A stretch of 64,000 bases of DNA from Octopus sinensis (lineage: Eukaryota), in the NCBI RefSeq assembly GCF_006345805.1, contig NC_043011.1, positions 4,712,001 through 4,776,000 of the forward strand, given 5' to 3'. The notes beneath the pieces were generated by a model. That model saw nothing but the letters and a program-made list of their open reading frames with translations, made no database searches and was not told the DNA's origin. Below, piece by piece: positions 50,336 through 63,615 of this stretch; positions within the stretch are counted from its first letter, which is position 1; each line of letters begins with the position of its first letter. The translations under genes were made by a program, and so were the position numbers.

Positions 50336-51267
50336 GGAGGAAAGTCCAATAGAAGGGAAGACGGAGGGGAAAAAATGCCAACGATTCACATGTGGTTTCA
50401 TTTTGATATATATATATATATGCACACATACGAAAACATACATTGGACACAAAACAAATTCGTATACACACATGTCCATACAGAGACGGACACACGCTTA
50501 TATTCCATTTCCTTTATAGTTTTTACACATTCATAAATGACAAAGGTGGTTTTAGGATGGGATGATGATGATGATCATGACGACGATGACGATGAGGGTG
50601 ATCCTGCTGCTGATGATGATGTTGGTGATGGTGATGATGATGATGATGATGATGATGATTGGAGTGAAGTGGAAGTGTAGGACTGGTGACAAATCTTGTT
50701 TATGTTGTTGTTGTTGATGCTTTTGTTGTTGTTGTTGTTGTTGTTACTGCGCCTCAGTTGAGCCCTACACAGTTCGGATCCTGATCAAAGCCATCTAAAA
50801 CGATCAAGATAAATCTTATATTTCTTTGGCTACAGAAATAATGTAACTTGGACAACATTGAATTTTTAATTTTTTTTTCTTCTGTTATAATACATGGAAC
50901 AGGATTGATATGTTTTTAGAGATATTTCGCTGTCATTTCCATAAGGTCGAGCAATCTCGAGGTCGCTTCCTCGTTGTTTTCTTGAAAAATCATTGTGTCA
51001 TTGGGATACCAGAGAAACGTTCATCTTTACTCAGTGATCTCAAGATACCAGTACGAAAATGTCGCGTCGCTCCTCTGCGATCCCCGTAACGTTGGCACAG
51101 TAGCGAGCTGTGTGTGGTGAATATATTAAACACTCGTTAATTTTTCTGTCTTATCCCGCCCTCTGCTTGCAGAATTACGTCGCGCACTTCCACATATTAC
51201 TTCATTTGCATTGAGGTAAAATACATTTTTCATTAAGATTAATATCCTTGCTAGACATACAAAATGC

Positions 51268-51354
<87 letters not shown>

Positions 51355-51760
51355 CCTGCCTGTCTGTCTGTTTGTCTATCTGCCTACCTGCCTGTCTGTC
51401 TATTTGTCTATCTGCCTACCTGCCTGTCTGTATGTCTGTCTCTTTGTCTATATGTTTGCCTATCTATTTGCATTTATGTATGTATATGTACAAAAGCACA
51501 CATGCACACTATGCGCGTGCATATAAAAGTAAGTGTTTTCTTCATAACTTTCATGTATTTTAAAAATATCTTCAAATAGCAAATATTTGAAAGGAAAAGC
51601 ATATTCGGATTACCCAACTGATGATCGGAAACGTGAAACCCAGAGTACTGCAAATACTTAGGCGCAGGCATGGCTATTTACTAAGAAGTTTGCTTCCCAG
51701 CCATCTAAACGGTGAAAGTGCTTTAATCAGCATACAACAAGGCATATTCCCAAAGTCCAA

Positions 51761-52137
51761 TCTAATATATAAAATACTAGCACTATGAACCGGCAACGCC
51801 TAGTCATAGTGCTAGTGCATGCATATACAGCCGCGTGCGTGCACACATACACGCGAGTACTGTCCAAATCTCCGGCCAATCACACACAGCTAGCTGGCAT
51901 TCAATTGGCGTATCAAGTTTCGGGCATTTTGATTGGGTTTGGATAGAAAATTCACAAAAAAGTCACTTCTATTTATTTTTTAATGGCTTTGCAGGGTGAC
52001 TGGGGAAATATAAAGATATGCACAACCACCCTTGGACGGTTTTGAATGATCATAGAAAGTGCAAGCCCTCTAACTGAAAAATTGTGGATTTGTATAAAGG
52101 ACACACACACAGACATTTTGCCATTTATATATGTAGA
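51761..52137 (+). mobile_element. Non-autonomous Helitron/DINE-like element
   Basis: Starts tctaatatataaaat, has a 13-bp hairpin at 51776-51788/51804-51816, ends atttatatatgtaga (imperfect inverted match to the start). Confidence 0.4.
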
Positions 52138-52646
52138 GGTACTTGTGATGCATGAATAATTTGGCATTGGACAAATGTTAGGCTCTTCATTTGATTTTTT
52201 TATTAAAAATAAATATATTTGATTCACTTCTTTAAGAAGGTTTTTCAATGTCTATCTGCCTACCTGCCTGCCTGTCTGTCTGCCTGTCTGTTTGTCTATC
52301 TGTTTGCATTTATGTATGTATATGTATTGACGTAGCAACGGCATAAAAGTTTCACTCTCTATTTTGACGTTTTCATTTCAAGTTTTACTTTACTATTTGC
52401 AAACAACTACGATAAATTACTGACAGAAATATTTACTAAGTTCACAAATTCGAACATTCCGTACAAGAGCTTCTCTTTTTTTATGGGACTTTTTTCATTT
52501 CATGTTTATTTCATTCATTGTTCGCAATATTCTCTCTCACCCCCTCTCTTTCATACACACAAGTCAGTCACACACGTACACTTGTGTTTTTGCAAGTACG
52601 TTTGTATACATTTATGTGTGTGTGTTTGTGTGTGAGTGTGTGTGTG

Positions 52647-52682
<36 letters not shown>

Positions 52683-53339
52683 TGAGTGAGTGAGAAAGAG
52701 TGAGTGAGTGTGTTTGTGAAAGAAAGTGAGTGAGTATGTTGTCATGTATACGTACATACATTAATATATATGCATACATCTTTTTTTGTATGTATGTGTG
52801 CGTGTGTGTATGAGACAGAGTGAGAGAGAGAGAGAGAGATGTTTAAGTGGCATTCACTCTTTCTCTCTCTCCATCTCTCATGCACTCATACACCACCACA
52901 CACACACACACACACACAAAGATGTATGTATATTTATTTATGTATGTACGTATACATGACAACACACTCTTTCTCTCTTTCACACACACACATACGTCCA
53001 TTTCATCTGATGTTTGATACTCTGCGCGCGTGTGCGTGGGGCGTTCCACAATCGCCATTTATTTCAATTACTCTTGCAAAGATATTCATGAAACCCATTT
53101 TTCCATTTAACCCCCATTTTAATTTAGGTAGAAGTTTCCGAGAACAATTGTGTCACTCTACAAAAGGAGTCGGGGTCGATGACGTTGATCAGCATTCTAC
53201 AGTGAAGCAAAGACGAATACAGGAAACCAGAGTCAATACTGGATTCTGCAACTCTGTTAACTCTTTCAAGTATGTTTGCAAATATATAAACATACACTCT
53301 TATGCAGAATGGCAGTCAGCTGATAAATAAAAAATGTTG

Positions 53340-54420
53340 AAGATGACAGAGGAAGATACATTAGTACTATTGAGGCTTTTAGGTGCATCTTCAATTTTCC
53401 TATTCATGAGAGGCACCCAGCCATCATTCATCTGAGTGTCCATCTAGAGCAGTGCTTTTCAAACTTTTTGCTGGAGCGGAACCCCAAGAAAACATTTCAA
53501 TGGCTCGAGGAACCCCTGTGCAATAATTTAATAGTCTTATGCACACATATCTGCACAGGAGACATAAAAATTACTGCCGATTTTAGCAGTTTTGTAACTT
53601 CTTGCGGAAACCCTGGACTGTACTGGCGGAACCCTGGTTGAAAACCACTGATCTAGAGAATGGCCAAAGGGTTATCTTCACAAAACAAACAACCTTGCAA
53701 CAAGTACATTCTTTAAAAGAAACCACCCTCACTGTCTTTTTAAAATGGTGTCAAGTTGATGAAGATGCAAGAAAACTCCTTTACCTACAGTTGCCCAAGA
53801 ATTACACCTGGAGAAACAATAAATGGCACAAGAGGAAACGTGGGGCTGATGCTCAAGCAAGATTTTACGGTGTCCCCCCTCGAAAGCCAAGCAGAATGCT
53901 ACTACTTACGCCTCCTTTTGCATGAAGTACGTGGTCCCAAATCATTCCAAGATTCAAGGAGGGTGGATGTTATGTGTGTGAAAATTATAAGGAAGTATGC
54001 TTTCAACAGGGTCTTTTTTAAAAAGTGATGAAGATTGGGACATTGCATGGACAGAAGCATCAGTATCAGATTCTCCAAGGAAACTCTGTAACCTTTTTGC
54101 AATTATACTGAACATGTGTCAACGTGGCAGTCTCCTACACCTTTGGATGAAATATCATGAGGACATGGCTGAAGACTTAAAGTATGCAGTTCAACAGGCA
54201 AACCCAGATATCAATATTCAGTTCTCAGTAAATATTTTTACAGGATCAAGTTTTGGCCATGGGAGGCAAAAATTTGCAAGAGTCTGGCTCTGGATTGCCA
54301 AAAACAATCGTCAAATTAGTGATTTAATTTCAAGAGACATAGCAAGAGAAACAAATTATGACATCACAGACTTGGTTGTATTTGTGAATGAACAGGAACC
54401 GAACCTTCTTCTAGAACAAC
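53340..54420 (+). mobile_element. Decayed Helitron Rep/helicase fragment
   Basis: RYISTIEAF...FPIHERHPAIIHLSVHLENGQRV, LLYLQLPKNYTW, ECYYLRLLLHEVRGPKSFQD motifs. Confidence 0.85.
53450..53650. mobile_element. hAT (Charlie-type) MITE, 201 bp
   Basis: 15-bp TIRs cagtgcttttcaaac/ggttgaaaaccactg (13/15) and a perfect 8-bp TSD atctagag. Confidence 0.92.
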
Positions 54421-54428
54421 GCTGTGTA

Positions 54429-54649
54429 TATACTCTCTTTTTTTTTACTCTCTTTTACTTGTTTCAGTCATTTGACTGCGGCCATGCTGGAGCACCGGCT
54501 TTAGTCGAGCAAATCGACCCCGGGACTGATTATTTGTAAGCCTAGTATTATTCTATCGGTTTCTTTGCCGAACCGCTAAGTGACGGGGACGTAAACACAC
54601 CAGCATCGGTTTGTCAAGCGATGCTAAGGAGACAAACACAGACACACAA

Positions 54650-54692
<43 letters not shown>

Positions 54693-54721
54693 CACACACC
54701 ACACACACACACACACACACG

Positions 54722-54753
<32 letters not shown>

Positions 54754-54925
54754 CATATATACGACAGGCTTCTTTCAGTTTCCGTCTACCAAATCCACTC
54801 ACAAGGCATTGGTCGGCCCGGGGCTATAGCAGAAAACACTTGCCCAAGATGCCATGCAGTGGGACTGAACCCGGAACCATGTGGCTGGTTGGCAAGCTAC
54901 TTACCACACAGCCACTCCTGCGCCT
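54429..54925 (-). mobile_element. SINE family A, full-length copy
   Basis: Homology to 57-469. Confidence 0.9.
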
Positions 54926-54940
54926 ATGATGAGAATTTTT

Positions 54941-55268
54941 TATTAACTCCGCCTTAGGTGTTGGAGGTGTTGTTTCCAGTCTTGTTTCTTTGTTTGTCCG
55001 TGGACAAGATATCTCAAGAACCGTTGGATGGATTCGGATGAAACTTTCAGGAATGGTTGGCCTTGTGACTGGCACGAACTGATTAGATTTTGGGATCGAT
55101 TTGGTACCAGACAAGGATTCTGGATTATTTTTCCGTTTTTTTTTCTTACTCAATTTTTCGTTTGTGAGAGCAGTCGAGTTTATTTCAGATATTCTAATTT
55201 TAAAAATCATCTTCCGGTAATCGTTGGTATTGCCTTGGCAGGTGTTTGCACTCTCTGAGTGCTCTTGT
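54941..55268 (+). mobile_element. Helentron-associated (HINE/DINE-like) non-autonomous element
   Basis: 5' tattaactccgccttagg, internal ggattcggatgaaactttcagg, subterminal ccttggcagg and 3' hairpin gcactc-tct-gagtgc (55248-55262). Confidence 0.6.
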
Positions 55269-55659
55269 TTATTATTATTATTTTTTAAATTTTGAATTCA
55301 GAATTGATTTCCCAATTGAAGAATAAGTTCAATTTACAATAACAACTTTCTATACAGCATATTTTGCTTTCTTCTTCCAATATATAAGGAACGCCGTGGC
55401 TTTAAAAAGTAAATATCGGAGTTGATATGTTCAACTAAAGCTTTCAAGTCAGTGCCCCCGGATGATCGCAGTTCAGTTATGAAAGAGGTAAAAGTTAAAA
55501 GACAACCACGCACTCTCTCTCTCTCTCACACGCATGCGCGCGCGTATCGGCCGCCTGAATACGTCTATATGTATCTATCACTTATATGCTTTTGTCTATT
55601 TGGTTAGATAGACAGACAGACAGACAGATAGGTAGATAGGTGGATAGATAGATAGATAT

Positions 55660-55770
55660 GTTTCTTTATTAGCCACACAGGGCTGCACACAGATAGAACA
55701 AATTACAAGGTAGAGCTTTTCTTTTGAAGGTTTAAAAAAAAAAAAAAAGGAAGAGGGAGTTTCGATCATA
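55660..55770 (-). mobile_element. 3' end of the Tx1-like family, abutting (GATA)n
   Basis: gccacacagggctgcacacagat...ttacaaggtagagcttttctttt shared with 24719-24772. Confidence 0.7.
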
Positions 55771-56387
55771 CATACATACATACATACATTGCATATATAC
55801 ATACGTGCATGCTTAATATGCAACACACTGCCTAAATACCAATCTTGAGAAATTAGGCTTCTCTAAACCAGAAAGGAGAAAGCTAATTCGAAGACTACAG
55901 ATCCAATCCATCACTGGAACTGCAAAAATCTGTAAAACTTTCATTTGAATATATATGAAATTGTCTAGATATCCAACTATATGCATGAGAATACATACAT
56001 AAGGCAAAACATAGAGATCTGCACATATGCATGCATACAGACGCACATACATACATACATACATACATACATACATACATACACACATACATACAAGCAC
56101 ACATACCCTGTTGTTGATGTTGAAATTCCAATGAAGGAGCCTTGAATCTAGGTTAGAAACCGGCTCTGTCTCTATTGGCAAGAAATCTTGAAAAAAAACT
56201 GAACCGTGACATACATACATACATACATACAAACAGAAAGATAGACAAACAGACAAAACAGACAGACAGGCAGTTAGCCAGACATACATACATACATACA
56301 GACAGACAGACAGTCAGCTAAACAGGCAGACAGATAGGCAGACAGACAGCTAAACAGGCAGACAGATAGGCAGACAGACAGACAGAC

Positions 56388-56441
<54 letters not shown>

Positions 56442-56989
56442 GCTAGCTAACAGACAGGCAAACGTCCATATTATCTTTTGACTGTGTGTGTATTCTATCT
56501 CTCTGTCAGTCAGTCAGTCTGTCCGTCTGTTCGTCTGTCACTGTCTGTCTGTGTGTTTTTCAGGACGTGGCAATCTGTTTTTCCCTTCAATGCTCAGGCG
56601 ACAGCTATTCAGTGAGCCAACGACACATAGGAGAGGCGTCTGGGAGGCAACACTGGAAGTTTCTGTGGAAATCATTAACATAGAATAATGTTGCAGTTGG
56701 CAATAGTTTAGTCAGAAATGAAAATAATCATATTTCTACCAGTGACGCCGATAAGTAGACTGAAGTGCCGCAGTACTTCTAGCAGCCAACGCAAGACACA
56801 CAGTCAAGTGCGAAATACCATCACATAACACTAGAACGAAAGAAGAGACGGAGTGAGGTTATAGAGAGACATACTTACAGCCACACACACACCCATGCGC
56901 GCGATTATATATACATATATATACATACAGGCAGAAGAGAGAACGATAGATAGATGGATAGATGAATGGATAGATTAATGGATGGATGC

Positions 56990-57073
<84 letters not shown>

Positions 57074-57453
57074 GTCTATCTGTCTATCTGTCTATCTGTC
57101 TGTCTGTCTATCTGTCTATCTGTCTATCTGTCTGTCTGTCTATCTGTCTATCTATCTATCCCTGATCTCTTTCTCTCTTTCTCTCTCTCTTCACCCTCTC
57201 TCTATACACATACACGCACGTATACACAGACACACACACACACACGCATGTTTGTACACATACAAACACTCATGCTCACGCACGCACGTACACAGACACG
57301 AACGCAGACACACATATACATACACACATGGATGGTTTGATAGATGGGTAGATAGATTTATGCATTTTCTCTTCACGCACACACACATACACACATACAC
57401 TTAGAGAGGTACATACGTACAAACTCACATGCAGATATGTCTGCCTGTATATA

Positions 57454-57838
57454 TACTCTTTTTACTTGTTTCAGTCATTTGACTGCGGCCATGCTGGAGC
57501 ACCGCCTTTAGTCAAGCAAATCGACCCCGGAACTTATTCTTTATAAGCCCAGTACTTATTCTATCGGTCTCTTTTGCCGAACCGCTAATTAACGGGGACG
57601 TAAACACACCAGCATCGGTTGTCAAGCAATGCTAGGGGAACAAACACAGACACACACACAAACACACACACATACATATATATATATACATATATACGAC
57701 GGGCTTCTTTCAGTTTCCGTCTACCAAATCCACTCACAAGGCATTGGTCGGCCCGGGGCTATAGCAGAAGACACTTGCCCAAGATGCCACGCAGTGGGAC
57801 TATACCCGGAACCATGTGGTTGGTTAGCAAGCTACTTT
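57454..57838 (-). mobile_element. SINE family A copy
   Basis: Homology to 57-469. Confidence 0.88.
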
Positions 57839-57869
57839 TATTAAAACCACGATTGAGTTTAAGTTCGAT

Positions 57870-58420
57870 CATTTCTTTTCCCCCTTTATTAAAGATTTTT
57901 TATACGTCCTTATAAGTTCTTGGCGTTTAGTTTAACCTTTCCAATCGACACAAACCGCGCATGTCTTATATAAAAGGACCAGATACACGCTAGTTATAAA
58001 ATACAGCTGCCAAATATATCATTAAAAAAACTAATAAAGTGGAACACGAGTTGTTGTACCATACCAAACACCAAACCTATAGTTAAAATACATTATAACA
58101 ATATTATAATATATATATAAACAACCATTATAATAACACTGGAAGAAAAATCTCTTTATCAGCACGAAACCACAAACAATTTAACCACAGAAAGTACTTC
58201 AGAGAACTAATGTAATATTCAGATTTTTACATAAACAAATTATAAGCTTCATGGCTCAAACCTTTATATGAGACGTACGAGAAGCCTAACTTTTCGTTGG
58301 TTGATCAGGCATTAACTACAAGGAGCTGTCGTAACTCATTACAATGTCGTCCATAAAATATAATTGGATAGAAAATATTTAGTTCACGACAATATAATTT
58401 TTGATAGAATTCTAAAAATA
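57870..58420 (+). mobile_element. Very decayed PLE C-terminal (thumb/GIY-YIG) remnant, Naiad-like
   Basis: SCCTIPNTKPIVKIHYN and YMRRTRS segments resemble the YSCxPNxKxII.xHN and PYxxGxxxC motifs; weak. Confidence 0.35.
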
Positions 58421-58764
58421 AATAAACGCATAAGTAAATAGATAAATAGAGAGATAAAAGGAATAACTATGAAACATTCAAACCTAAATTAACCAAATAC
58501 ACAGTTGCATCACACGTAAAAATATGTTAACACGGTATCATGGAATCTACCGAGACTTAGCGTTATGCAATTGTAAATAAAGTGTTGCTCACATTTCCCC
58601 CCAGAAATTACAGTTTTGCACACACACACACACACACACACCACATCACACACACACAAACACAAACACACACACACACACACACACAAACACAAGAACA
58701 CACACACACACAAACAAACAAACCTAACAACTTAAAATAAACATACATATAATATATATGTGTG

Positions 58765-58823
<59 letters not shown>

Positions 58824-59219
58824 CAGGTATACATACATATATATATATAAATATACATACATGCATACATATATATATATATATATATATTATTATATAT
58901 ATATATAATATATATATGATGCTGGCGTTCCTGCATTACTGTGCATAAATAACAGTTTTTGATATCTAATATAATATATATCTTGCGTTTAATGAGATAC
59001 AAGTGGTAAGAGTATACGCATGCAATATGGACGCTATTTCAGTTATATGGCTTTGATTTTTATACTTGCGTTCTCACTTATCATTTTACTTGCCAGCGGT
59101 ACCCAACCTTAAATATATTTATTTATACGCATGCCAATGTGTATATATTCATATCGACATCTATGGATATGCACATGTATGTTTACAGTATATGTATTTA
59201 TACGCACGCACGCACACAC

Positions 59220-59284
<65 letters not shown>

Positions 59285-59391
59285 TCATATGTATGTGTGC
59301 TTATGTATATACACACAGAGTCATATGTGTCTGCGTTTGTGCATATATATAAATATATATCTATATATTTATATATACATACATATATATA

Positions 59392-59564
59392 TGTTTCTTT
59401 ACTACCCAGAAGGGGCTAAACATAGAGGGGACAAACAAGGACAGACAAACGGATTAAGTCGATTACATCGATCCCAGTGCGTAACTGGTACTTAATTTAT
59501 CGACCCTGAAAGGATGAAAGGCAAAGTCGACCTCGGCGGAATTTGCACTCAGAACGTAACGAAC
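59392..59564 (-). mobile_element. SINE family C (Meta-domain-like), partial
   Basis: gaggtcgactttgcctttcatcctttcagggtcgataaattaagtacc central domain. Confidence 0.8.
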
Positions 59565-60279
59565 ATACACTAAGCATAATCACGTAACGTAAAAGTGATT
59601 GTGTGTGTGTGTGTGTGTGTGTGTGTAATCGCATAAAAATGATGATTGCTGTTAGAGCCTCTTAAAATGCTTGGCGGTATTTATTCCAACACCTTTCAGG
59701 ATCGACAAAATCAATGTATCAGTCAAATACTGAATCGATGGCATCATCGATAAAGCAAAAGCAATGCTCATCGCTTAATTTTTAACCCTTTGCCTGTTTG
59801 TGTATCATATGTGATATAGAACATATTTCTCTGGTGTTCATGCATTATATATGATAGACATTCCTAATTTAATTTCAACCACCAGAATAAACTTGGGAGA
59901 TAAAAAAGGAAAGCTCTGAAAACAAGCAAAGACAAACTTATGAAAATGTTTTGGACAAACAAAAAGGTGAGAGGGAGGTAATTAATCGATAACATCGACC
60001 TTACTATTTGACTGGGCTTCTCTTTTATCGTTACCAAAATGGAAAAAGGACAAGTTGATCTCGGTAAGATTTGAACACAAAATATATAAAGTCCAAAAGA
60101 AACGCGCCCTAAAGTACGTCTTTTGATGCGCTAACGATTCTACCACATCGCCGCCATTTTGTCAGCAACAGTAATGAAGGCAAAATATTTTGTTAATGTT
60201 CAGTAGCAGAATGATAAGCATTTTTCTATTTGCTTGCCACAAGTATTATTATCTTTATTATTATCATTATTATTTATTA

Positions 60280-60349
<70 letters not shown>

Positions 60350-60463
60350 AGAAGAAAGAGAGAGTGAGAGAGAAAAGAGAAAGACAGAGGGAACTATAAT
60401 ATATAGATATGAGTTTGTAGTAGTAGTAGTAACAGTAGTAGTAGTAGTAGTAGTAGTAGTAGT

Positions 60464-60509
<46 letters not shown>

Positions 60510-60792
60510 GGTGGTGGCAGAAATTTGTTACATATGCGTTAAAAAGCCTCCCAGTCAATCCACAGTATTTATTTTATCATCGCCGGAGGAATAAAATATA
60601 GGTGGAGGATTAAAAAAAAAACACGATCTCGACAGGTTTTTTGAGCTCATAATGTAGAATAGAGGCATAAATAAACAGCGCAAGACATTCAGCCAAGCAC
60701 TCTACCATTTCAATTGTCCAAATTACACCTTCATATCATGTATAGACCTATCAAGTTTATTTACTTTATTACTATTATTATTATTATTATTA

Positions 60793-60830
<38 letters not shown>

Positions 60831-61049
60831 TATTATTATTATTAGTTACCACCCAAATAGATGCTGAAGCTGCTATCCATCTATTGCATTCTTTTATTGA
60901 CAATATACCGATTATGACTTCGTCGAAAACAGATTTTTTTTTCTCAGCGCCTTTAATTGTGTGAATTGTGATATATTTTAGCGGAGCTGTCAAATACTTC
61001 TCTGACATTTATCCGGGGATGCATTCTTGCCCTGTCACAAAGAGTTAAG

Positions 61050-61086
<37 letters not shown>

Positions 61087-61864
61087 TACGCACGCACACG
61101 CACATACACAAACACACACACTCACACACACGAAAGGAAAAAAGAAAGAATGGAAGAAAAGTAGGAAAGAAGACCCATTAATGTATCATGGAACACAAGA
61201 AAGGAACATCTCTCTCAAATGCTATTTGGTTTTATTTTTTGACTTTTGTAGTTTTTAAAATTTTATTTTAGTGTACTTTCCGGCTTCTAAGATAATCAAT
61301 AAAGCAATTTGACTGGTTGATAATGAGATAATAGAATTGCTGGTAATCTTTCGAAAGAATCGCAGATTAATTTTTTTTTTCCAGATTTATAACTGAAGAA
61401 AATAAAACAGATTGGAATGAATTTTTTACTTCGATGTCTTTGGTCTTGTTCTTTAAGTTTCTTCAACGTGAAAGTTTTGGTGGCTTTGGACTGAACAAAT
61501 TTCAGGAACAACCAAAAGGTATAAAATCAAATTACTAACAATTCCTTGGAATCTGCATTCATCTTGAATCACCATTAACAGAACTAAATGATTTCAAACA
61601 TGAGTAGAGGTTCTTGAATTTTTAGTTAGTGAGATATAATTTTCCCTAATATTTGTCACAAGGCCAGCACTTTAAAGAAGATGGAGAGAGTCGATTACAT
61701 CGATCCCATTACTTGACTGTTACTTTATTTAATCAAACCCGAAAGGGTGAAAGATAAAATCGACCTTATCGGAATCTGAACTCAGAACGCAATGAGTCGG
61801 AATTCAGAAAGGTAATGCTGCTAAGCATTTCTTCCGACGTGCTAATGACGGGATACAATCGATT

Positions 61865-62166
61865 ATTTCTTTACTGTCCACAAGTCGACGTCGGGGAGAA
61901 TTTGAACTCGGACGAAACGGCAGACAAAATACCTATTTCTTTACTACCCACAAGGGGTTTAACACAGAGGGGACAAACAAGGAGAGACAAACGGATTAAG
62001 TCGATTATATCGACCACAGTGCGTAACTGGTACCTATTTAATCGACTCCGAAAGGATGAAAGGCGAAGTCGACCTCGGCGGAATTTGAACTGAGAACGTA
62101 ACGGCAGACGAACTACCGCTAAGCATTTCGCCCGGCGTGCTAACGTTTCTGCCATCTCGCCGCCTT
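61865..62166 (-). mobile_element. SINE family C (Meta-domain-like), full-length
   Basis: tRNA-like head ggcggcgagatggcagaaacgttagcacgccgggcg...gttcaaattccgcc plus a Meta-like domain; further decayed copies at ~33330-33520, 37330-37520, 47860-48070, 59985-60155, 61690-61850 and 62170-62290. Confidence 0.85.
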
Positions 62167-62889
62167 AATATAATCGATTATGACGACTTAGTAGCTAACT
62201 GATACATGTTTTATCGTTCCTCGGTTGGATGAAAGGCAAAGACGACTCCGGTAGTGTTTGAACTCCGAATGAAAAGAAACTTAATTATTCAAGAAGAATA
62301 TTAATTGCATCGATTTCAATGACAGCGAAGGACCAGGCGGAGACAATGAATATACATAACTTCTGGTTCCAGAGCAAACCAATAAAAATAACCGCAAAGA
62401 CTACGAAGCGGCATTTACTGATTCTGCTAATCATTTTGCCTTTCATCTACCTAAAAATACCAAGAGTGAAGACTTACTGAAAACTTATACATACTTGCCT
62501 ACCCACTTAGCTTTTTATATTCCCTGTAATTCACTTTCGTAGCCGACCTTAAAATTTACCTTATACAAATACCTCCATGTAGAGAGAAGTAATCATTTTC
62601 TTAGCATGTTTGAAACTGTTTTACAAACTTCGCTGGAAGCAATATTAAATACAATTATGTCAGAATATTTTTGTATATAATATCACCTACTTTAAGATAC
62701 CCGCTGTGCAAGAAATATTTATTTATCTGCTTATCTCTTTCATCCATTCAGCATCTGAAATACCATCACTGATTTTTCTGGAATACATGATAAGTTATAT
62801 TTACAATAGTATAGTACTAACACGCTATCTTGAAGAGAGCGTCTTCGCAGTGACATAGTTTTATAGTAATAGCGATACAGCGATTTCAG

Positions 62890-63615
62890 CATACATATAT
62901 GCATACATACGTACGTACGTATGCATGTATGTATGTGTGCATGTATGTATGTATGTATGTATGTATGCATGTATGTATGTATGCATGTATGTATGCATGC
63001 ATGTATATATGATGTATGTATGTATGCATGTATGTATGTATGTATGTATGTATGCATGTATGTATGCATGCATGCATGTATGTATGTATGCATGTATGTA
63101 TGCATATATGCATGTATGTATGCATGTATGCATGTATGTATGTATGCATGTATGCATTTATGTATGTATGTATGCATGTGTGTAATAGGTTACGAGTAAG
63201 ATCTTACGATTATTCACGATCTCCGTTATTTTATGAAATAGGAAAAACCGCAATTAATGTTGCTCCGGTGCAATATTAATCATTATGTCAATTTGCTTTC
63301 AAATTTATATTATCTAATATTCGTCTGCAGTATTTATAACAACATTCACGATGTGAACAAGAGTAACGAAGATCTTACTCGTAACCTACGTTACATGCTT
63401 ACATACATACATATGTATGTATGTATGTATGCATGTATGTATGTATGTATGATGTATGTATGTATGTATGTATGTATGTAAGCATGTATGTATGTATGTA
63501 TGTATGTATGCATGTATGTATACATGCATATATGTATGCATGTATGTATGCATGTATGTATGCATGTATGTATGTATGCATGCATGTATGTATGTATGTA
63601 TGTATGTATGTATGC
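62890..63615. repeat. Degenerate (TATG/CATG)n microsatellite fields, split by a MITE
   Basis: Visible directly. Confidence 0.95.
63186..63388. mobile_element. MITE with 20-bp perfect terminal inverted repeats (outer TA may be the TSD)
   Basis: taggttacgagtaagatctt at 63186-63205 and aagatcttactcgtaaccta at 63369-63388. Confidence 0.8.
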
